A stretch of 58,283 nucleotides of DNA, the filler included, from Catajapyx aquilonaris (taxonomy: Eukaryota): assembly GCA_000934665.2 (NCBI GenBank). It is 2 parts of 2 records of this genome, joined end to end, with 100 filler letters (N's around TTAATTAATTAA, not from the genome) between each part and the next. Parts side by side here need not be neighbours in the genome. Positions count along the whole stretch, not along the records: positions 29,233 to 58,283 come from JYFJ02004833.1; 1 more part is not named here. One strand, given 5' to 3'. The position numbers were made by a program, and so were the translations under genes. Numbering within the stretch: position 1 is the first letter of the stretch; each line of letters starts with the position of its first letter. Below are positions 50,553 through 58,283 of the stretch, in pieces. Below the pieces are notes generated by a model. That model was not told the DNA's origin. It did not search any database and saw only the letters and a program-made list of their open reading frames with translations.

Positions 50553-51425
50553 TAGAAGCCACGTACGTTTTCCGTCCAAGTGCGGCAGCAGCAGCAAGCC
50601 AGCAAAAGCAGCAAGAAACCAAAATGCATCCCGAATCAGTTTCCAAGCCAGTTTGGAAGCTAAAGAAAGCCCCCCCCCCTTCCGTGGGGGGGTTGTGGGC
50701 CCCAAACAAGTGCAAATAAGTCCGGTTGCATCTCAACGCATCGGTTTGCCAAGAGAAACTACGAGAGCGGGGGGGGGGGCGCCTCGGTTCGTCATTACGG
50801 GTGTGGACCACCAAAAAAACCAACAGGGGGTAACGTAACGTAACATAAACCGACAGCAGCAGGAAAACGTTTTTTGTACATATAAAAAAACAGTGTACCA
50901 CACAAACCAGTGATATTTCCAAGCACCTTTTTTTTCCTCTTTTGAGAAAAACTGGAAATTTTCTTCTGTTACACTCATTTTTTTTGGGTTTGAAAATTTA
51001 TTTTCGGTGTCCGTTCAGCACACGTTATACACACACTTTGAAAAGAAGAAGAAAAAAACATAACACTTTTACAGTACACATTGAAAAGCCGTGATTTGTC
51101 TCTGTGATGTGAACGAAGGTGGGCTAGTCAATTTCGGACCAACGACACATCTAGGAATGGTAATTTAAAGAAAAAATAGTGTATATCAAGTGGAGCAGGC
51201 TCCGGTCCTTTTTATAAAATGAATTTTTTGAGGCATTTAAAAAAAACCGCGAGGTTTTTTTAAACAAATAAAACCTTCCTCTATATCACTGCCTTCTTTG
51301 CTCAGTTTAAAAGCAGGTCGAGTTGGGAACCACAGGTTTTTTGAAAAGCAACAATGATACGCAATCGGTGCTTTTTTTAAACTGGATTTTTGACGTTAAA
51401 ATTGTCACTGTATTTATACACAGAA

Positions 51426-51660
51426 CTAGCAGGGGACCCGTTCGCACGGTGATTGACAAATAAAAGAAATATGTGCAGCATCATTTCAAAAAATCTAAAT
51501 TTTGAGTATTTAGACTTTTAAAAGGTTTTTGGACTTTTCCCTGAATCAGCGGCACCTAAGCCATCAGTGTGCCAAGTTTCAGCACTCTCAGGACTCTGAA
51601 AGTGGATTATGTAGCCCAAACCTTCATAGTAACAAACTTTCTGTTTTATATTATGTAAGA
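51426..51660 (-). mobile_element. Short non-autonomous Helitron downstream of the Hr4 stop codon (probable 3' UTR)
   Basis: On the - strand: A|TCTTACATAATATAAAACAGAAAG ... CCGTGCGAACGGG hairpin ... CTAG|T, giving a 5' TC, a 3' hairpin plus CTAG, and an A/T insertion site. Confidence 0.75.
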
Positions 51661-54600
51661 TTGGAGATAAAAATCCAGCGATTTTCTTTTTAAAAAAAAG
51701 CATCGATATGGGAAGGAATAATACTGAAGGCACAAGCTAGTCACAAAGACCAGAAAGGAGGAGCCAATCAAGAAAGGGTCGGATCACAATCACCAATTAG
51801 GCGTGACATGGATTAAGAGACTTGCCCACCTAGAGCGGTGATCACTATAGTTTCCTAGTGTGTTTTTTTAAAAGCTTTTTTTATGTATTGGTTGTATTTT
51901 TTTCTCTAATTATTATGAAAAAAAGGACGCAACAAATGTGTGGTGATTTTTTTAAAAATGTCACTATTTGCGCCAAGTGTGACCAAAGTACCTTTCTGCC
52001 CGGTGCGGAAAGCACAACATATGTTATTACAGGGAGCAGGCACTGTTATTTTGTCGTCCTAATAGTGAAAAAAAAGAAGTTTAGAATATCTTGATCGAAA
52101 GATTTAATATAATTAAAAAAAAGAAAAAATACCCCACAGAGAAAACAAAAATATTTAACAATAATCGGAGGCAGAACACAGCTGGGAATGGCCTTATTTC
52201 TCTTCAGTGCAATCATGTCAAGATTAGAGACGATGGACAAAAAACAAACAAACAAACAAACATACACACCCCCTGGAACTCTGAAATGGAAGGGAAAAAA
52301 AGAGGAAAAAAAGAAACCCGAACACTGCGAAAGTGCTTTTACAACTTAAACTCTTTGTCGCCAAAGTGCTGAAAAAAATAGTGTGATGGTCGAGAGAAAA
52401 AAATGAGAATTTTTTTTTCGTCGCCAGAAGGTTCCTTTTTACAGTTTTTTGGTCTACTGATTTAGTGTTTCAAATGAAAAAAAAGAAGTTTTTTATCATT
52501 AAAAACTTTGTTATGAAAAGGATGTGCTAGGAAAAAAATATATATATACGAAACCCAGGAAAGACGGATGAAGTAGAATAATTTTTAAGGTGTAAAGAGA
52601 AGATGGAAACAGAAGAACGATATATATATGAATGATAAAAAAAACAGATGTGGCAAGTACAAAATGTGGCAGATTTTTTTTTTTCATTTCAAACGGGACT
52701 CGAGTGATTGTATAAAAAAAAGCTGTAAGATTTTCATTGTCAGTATTGTAGAAAGAAGAGAAGAAAAAAAAACACACACGATAATGTCTGATATTGTAAA
52801 GTAAGAGGTTAAGTACACCCAACCCGTGGTTGTATAATTGCAACATATTAATTAACAAAAGAACACGAGGGGGAAAAAGTGCGTGAATGCGTGAGTGTGC
52901 GTGAGGAACGTGCCCCATGATTATTATTCCAATTAATTTTCATGACAAAGTGTAAAGAGGGAGCGAGCCACGTTCAGCCTTGAACTTTCTGTAAAATGTA
53001 CATTTTACTTCCCCCCCACCTAAAAAAAACCCTGTCCCCAACCCACCCACCCTGTAAAGATAAGAAAAAAAAATTCTAGTTAGCTTTACTAGTGTTGTCT
53101 TTAGCCCAGGTTTAACTTGATAGAGTCCCGCATTCCTTAGCGACTCGATCGTGTTGTGTTTTGTCGTAATTGCCTTCTTCAGCTTTTCATTATTTCTTTC
53201 AACTATTTTTTTTTTGTGGCGACCGGGTCTGGGTCAACGAAGAGGTCACCCACAAAAAAAATTGGGTCACCTTTTCGAATAAATCGGGGCGAAATGATGA
53301 CCTCTGGTACGGCTTTTTCGTCTCTTTACTTTTCACCAAATCTGTTGGCGGATTATTATTTTTTTCGGTATGGAAGAGGTACAATATGTAAAAAAAATGG
53401 GGGATGGGATTTTTTTCTTCTTCTTCAAATTACAATATTTGTTGTGTATGGGCATGTTGCAAGAATGGTGCCTCGTGTTGGCCTTGCGGATTTGAAAACT
53501 AGAGAGAAAAAAATTTGCGAAAAAATATAATATAGGGCAGGGAAAAAAAGTTAGGCTGTTGCAAATAGGATCACCTGAAAAACATTACCTCATTGAAAAC
53601 TTTAAGCGAAAAAAAGTGATATTGGCTAATTAACAGGTGGCATTTGCAACGGTGTGGGGTGGTAATTATGCAGTACTGTTAATTGCAGGGAGATTAAGTG
53701 CAAATAATCTGATGAATTCCTAGTCAATTTCACCTGGATACAATCGATAACTCGCGTCTATTTACACATTCAATTTTTTGTGCAAAATTTTACCAGTGAT
53801 CTTAATACGACCTTTAAAAAATAATTGGTAGTAAAATATGAAGTCCAAAATTTACGCCATTTTTTGCAAAAAAATGCAACTCATAGATGCATATTCGGCC
53901 GTACAAAATAATCGGCAATGAAATATCAAGCCCAAATTTGACACTATTTTTAAAAGCAATGTTATGTCTAAATAGACGTAAAGAGTATGTGCACTTTCTT
54001 CACCTCAATTAATCGGAATTAATTAACCAGATAAATTGGAAAGCGATAATCAAATGGTATCACGTCCACCCCCCACGAGGAGGAGAGATTAGGTAATGAA
54101 TAAGTGATTGGTACTTGGAAGAGTATAAAAATGTGTAGGTTTTTTGTACCTGAGACGCGGATGACGATGATTTTGAAAAAAAACTAATATTTCCAATTGG
54201 CATAGGGAAAGAGAAAGAGAGAGAGAGAGAGAGAAAGTATATAGCATAGTGTACTTATTTTGTTCAGAGTTGGATGCTGATTATTCCTGGAGACAAATCA
54301 TCTAGTTGACTCTGTTATTTTTTAGAGCGTGTATAAAAGGGTTGGGAAGTGTGTGACTTTTTTGAGAAAGAGAGTGAGAGAGAGAGAGATTTATACGTAT
54401 AGAGCAATGAGAGAAAGGAAAGATTAGAGCTTGGCAAGCGAGGCTCCAAGTGCTGTGCACTATGAGTTTGCAAAAAAAAAAAATTGTGAAAAAACTATAA
54501 AATGTGAGGACAGGACCACCCCAGAACTTCTCACCCGATCCTCGACCTGTAGCATGTCGAGATGTCCCTTTATTTTCTCGCTTTTTGTGTTTAGTAGCCC

Positions 54601-56345
54601 AGAAAATGTATCCATTGAACACATTTAAGAAAAAATATATATTGGCATTCCACGAAACAATTGCTCAATCTCGTACTATCTGTTCAAATGGAAGTCTATT
54701 TTCTTAGTAGAGTCAACGCACTCTTCCCCCTTAACATAAACACAATTTATAAATGTCAAAATTTGTTTGTCTTAGCATGTGGCAGGTATAGTATGAAGAG
54801 GTTTTGATTGGAGCGGTGATATCGCTTTTAAAGAAATGAAATCTCTTCATTTTGGTTCAGAGGCTTAGGTGAGAAGTGTTTTGAGAGGTCGAGGTTTTGA
54901 TTAAAAAGAGTCCACAGGCATAATTGCCCAAACCTGAACACGGATTTCGTGCAAATAATATTTAAAAATTACTACTGCGGCTCACGAGGGGATGCTGATG
55001 TACAGACCTGATTTTTAAAACAAATTAAATAGAGACAGTGGGACCACGTAGAGACGAAGGAAATTAAATGGATTGAGAGAGGTCTGGAATCCCCTTGTCA
55101 GACAAAGAAGTCCTTCATCGCCACGTGTTATAGGTACCGTACTCACACACACACAACGTATTATTGTCCGTTGTTTCGATGGCCTCGGGATGCGATTTAA
55201 GAAAATGAAAGTTTGTGCTCCCCCCCCCCCTTCTACCCCACCCTGTACCCTACCCTCACTCGCTTATTTTTTTTTAATTTGTTCATTTTTTTTGCGGTTT
55301 TCCACACTTTTTGCCTCTCACTGCTTCCCCAGTTCCCTTCGGGTTGGCCGTGGTAGTGGAACGCCTTGTAAAAAGAATTTTGAAACAAAAAATACAGCTG
55401 ATTGCCTATGTATTTAAATAAAGCGAAGAAAAAAAAATTGCAGTGAAGACCACGGCTCTCTGCTTCTTTTTTTAAATATATTTTCTTTACAGATCTTTCT
55501 TTCAATAACTTGTAATGGGATCAACTCCAGCAATCTTTGCCTCTTTTCTTCTATATTGTTTACAGCAGAGGATGATGCAGAGAACTTGGGATCAACGAGT
55601 ATGTGTCATTTAGACATCCAAGGATATTAAACAGGGTGTTAAATTTTACCTCTCTGAATGACGACGTCCTGTTTAAGAAATACAAAATGAAGGGTCGTTT
55701 TAGCCTTTGGCGATTGTAGCGAGTTGTAGACATGTGGAGGAAATGTTCATCCTGGCGTTTAGCTAACCGTTGTGCCTCTCTTGTTTGCCACTCTGCCTAC
55801 ATGCCAGGGTGGTCAAAATGGTCTGAAACAGTCGGAAATGACTCGGAAACAGGGGGGCCTTCTTCCTTGGAAACTTGGCGGCAGCACTAGCCAGACGTAT
55901 ATGATAAGAACCAGCTCCCGGTCTAAAATTAGTGTGAACCAGCTTTTCAGATGAATTTGGCTTAGTTCACAGGGAGTCATCTGACAACAGGACACTAGAG
56001 GACACAGCAGCAGTTAAGTCTCCTCACAGCATTTACAATTTAAAATTCTTATTACAATATGCTACTGCCGGAGCTTAATTTCGGACTAATTACCACAAAA
56101 TTAATTGGAAAAATTACATGACATTCAAATGTTGTCACGTAAGAGCGACGCCATGCTTAATGTACACAGGTAGTGTTGCCAACGGTAATTCCTGCATTGA
56201 ATATTGTTGTCCCATTTATAGTACTCGTAATTGTAGTGTTGGAAGATTAATCACAATGATCTCATCACACTTCCTTTTTTTCTTATTATTCCCACAGAAC
56301 CACACTTGTGATCCTGAAGAACGAGGTGGACATTCAGCGCAAAAG

Positions 56346-57589
56346 ATGGGAGCCAATGGCCAGGGACAAGGTCATCAGGTGAGGACGCGGATCGGGATTA
56401 GTTCAATGTCGGAACATATGCACTTTTGAACCTTCAACAGGCTGAGGGCAAACCACTCCTTCCAGACGAGGTGACTCTGAAGGTCTTCTCGTACCTCACA
56501 AGAGGTGAGCTTGTGAAGAGGGCTGCACCAGTCTGCAGGCAGTGGAGGAGGCTGTCCTACGACCATGAACTCTGGAGGGAGGTCATGCTGGACTGGTGGG
56601 ATTTCATGTGCATAATTGAAGATGGGAGAGTAACAGTCAGCAGAGCCCGCCAGCAGTTGGTGAGGCAGCTGGAGCTTCATGAAGGACGAATGATCCACGT
56701 CAAGAGGCTGGAGTTGTACGGTTGGGAGTTCATGGAACCAGAAGATGATAAGATCATAGATGTGCTTCATGCTGTGGCTCCAGGAGTCACATCTCTGCAC
56801 CTGACGGCTGTCGGAATCACAGGAGAAGAAACTCTCAAACGGATGATCCAGTTGTACAGCAGGCAGTTGACACACATCTCAATTGAAAGGTGCTCGTTTC
56901 CACCTGGCAGCCTTCACATCATGGACCTAATGTGTGACGCTCCACACCTCACCAGTATTATCCTGTCAGGCAACTGGAAAAAGCAGAGATGGTCACCCCC
57001 AGGATCTCTTAAGCACAGTTGGCCAAACCTGAACGAGGTCTGCATCAGTGACACACCAAGCGAGGCAGAAGAGCTCCTGTTGCTGTCCTCTGTTGCTGGC
57101 CAACAAATCAAGAAGTTGACAGGGGACTTTGAGACATTGCAGGTGTTCCTGACCGAGGCAGAATTTCCACAGGTGGAATATCTCCATATAAGATTGTCAT
57201 CCGATGTATCAGACGACAGAGCCCTTGATGGACTTCGTTACCTTGAAAACCTTCACCACCTGACACTGACAGGGCCACCCTTCCAGACCTGCTTGGTCAC
57301 CACCAGATTGTTTTCCTGGCCAAGCGTCACTAGAGGGCTGGAAACATTCACACTGGCATATGATAAGAACTGCGACGACGCATGCCTCATGTCCATGGGG
57401 AAATGCACCTCCCTGTCCAAGCTGGCCTTTGTTGAATGCACCAAAATCACCCACGATGGCCTTCACGGTTTAGTTCTAATGTTGCCTAAAATCAAGTCAG
57501 TTGGTGTTCAGTGGTGCCCTGGCGTTGACCAGACCCTTGCTGTTGCTCAGTTCAAAAGGTCTCGTCCTGATGTGGTCTTGTTAATGTAA
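56346..57589 (+). CDS. F-box / leucine-rich repeat (FBXL-type) protein, ~393 aa; exons 56346-56378, 56441-57589
   Basis: MGANGQGQGHQ with a CAG|GTGAGG donor, 62-nt intron, CAACAG|GCT acceptor in phase 0. F-box LLPDEVTLKVFSYL...AAPVCRQWRRLSYDHELWR followed by LRRs (LTSIILSG, LSKLAFVECTKITHDGLHGLVLMLPKIKSVGVQWCPGV). An upstream in-frame acceptor at 56297 may extend the N-terminus. Confidence 0.88.
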
Positions 57590-58283
57590 TTCCCCCACGT
57601 GCCAGTTTGACTGCGAGCAAATATTGGTAAGACTGATTTATTACGTAGTTATGGGTGGTGGATGGTTTTGAAAATTCATTGTTTTTAGGGTTTGGGTTTG
57701 AGTGATTATGTGACATGCAATGTATGAGCATGCAAGTTGATTAAATTGGAAAATAAATTGAGCAAATATTTTTCTTGGAAATGATGACATCCAATAGTTA
57801 TCACGCAGTATGATGTTATTAGTGCCCGTCATTTTGCACTTTACATTCTGGTTGCAATTGACTGACTTGGAAATAAGGTTTTGAATGTAGGGTGGCCATT
57901 TCCAAATCCGTCCAAAAAGAAGAACGCAGCTGCATGTGTACAATACATGCCGGTACTACGTATACTTTTTTTTACTTCATGATAACCGAAACACACAAAT
58001 TACCAAATTATTGTACTTAACGCACTAATAACTAAAGTCTTAGTCCTGAAAATGTAACATAAATCAAACGTGTTTTATGGTAAGCTGAAGTTGAAGAATA
58101 ATAAATGCCGTGGAAAATATCAGTCCATATATCATAATCATTATACCGTACATTTGTCATATTATGACACTACATTGAGATGAATGCTATGTATTTTGTG
58201 GTATTTGTTCTAAAATACATTTTCAAGACGTTCTGACCCGGGTGGTGTAAATTGAGCCAAGAATACGTCAATGGTTATTGTGG

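Noticed and set aside
50550..50663. Stop-codon readthrough extension of Hr4 after TAG TAG
   Set aside because: Two consecutive TAG stops without a TGA-C context; the short open stretch after them cannot be distinguished from chance without comparative data.

Overview
Eukaryotic genomic DNA, most likely an arthropod (Hr4 nuclear receptor, insect-type tRNA-SINEs, GT-AG introns). Manual splicing gives four well-supported + strand genes: BRI3 (2 coding exons), LENG8/Thp3-like SAC3-GANP/PCI protein (8 exons, ~898 aa), the ecdysone-cascade nuclear receptor Hr4/NR6A (12 exons visible, first coding exon not found) and an F-box/LRR protein (2 coding exons). There is also a candidate small - strand gene head-to-head with BRI3 and an orphan 5' exon at 24.6-25.0 kb. 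Introns and intergenic DNA hold many non-autonomous elements: MITEs of several superfamilies, SINEs, a decayed hAT, a Helitron and minisatellites. The most notable observations are a ~1.35 kb palindrome made of two inverted 3' ends of an Academ-like transposase inside a LENG8 intron, many further hairpins in the LENG8 pre-mRNA, a LENG8 terminal intron with hallmarks of regulated retention, and a consensus ecdysone response element in an Hr4 intron. An artificial N-TTAATTAATTAA-N linker at 29.1-29.2 kb means the two halves may not be truly adjacent. I found no convincing new multi-gene system. All family assignments come from motif recognition by eye, without database searches.
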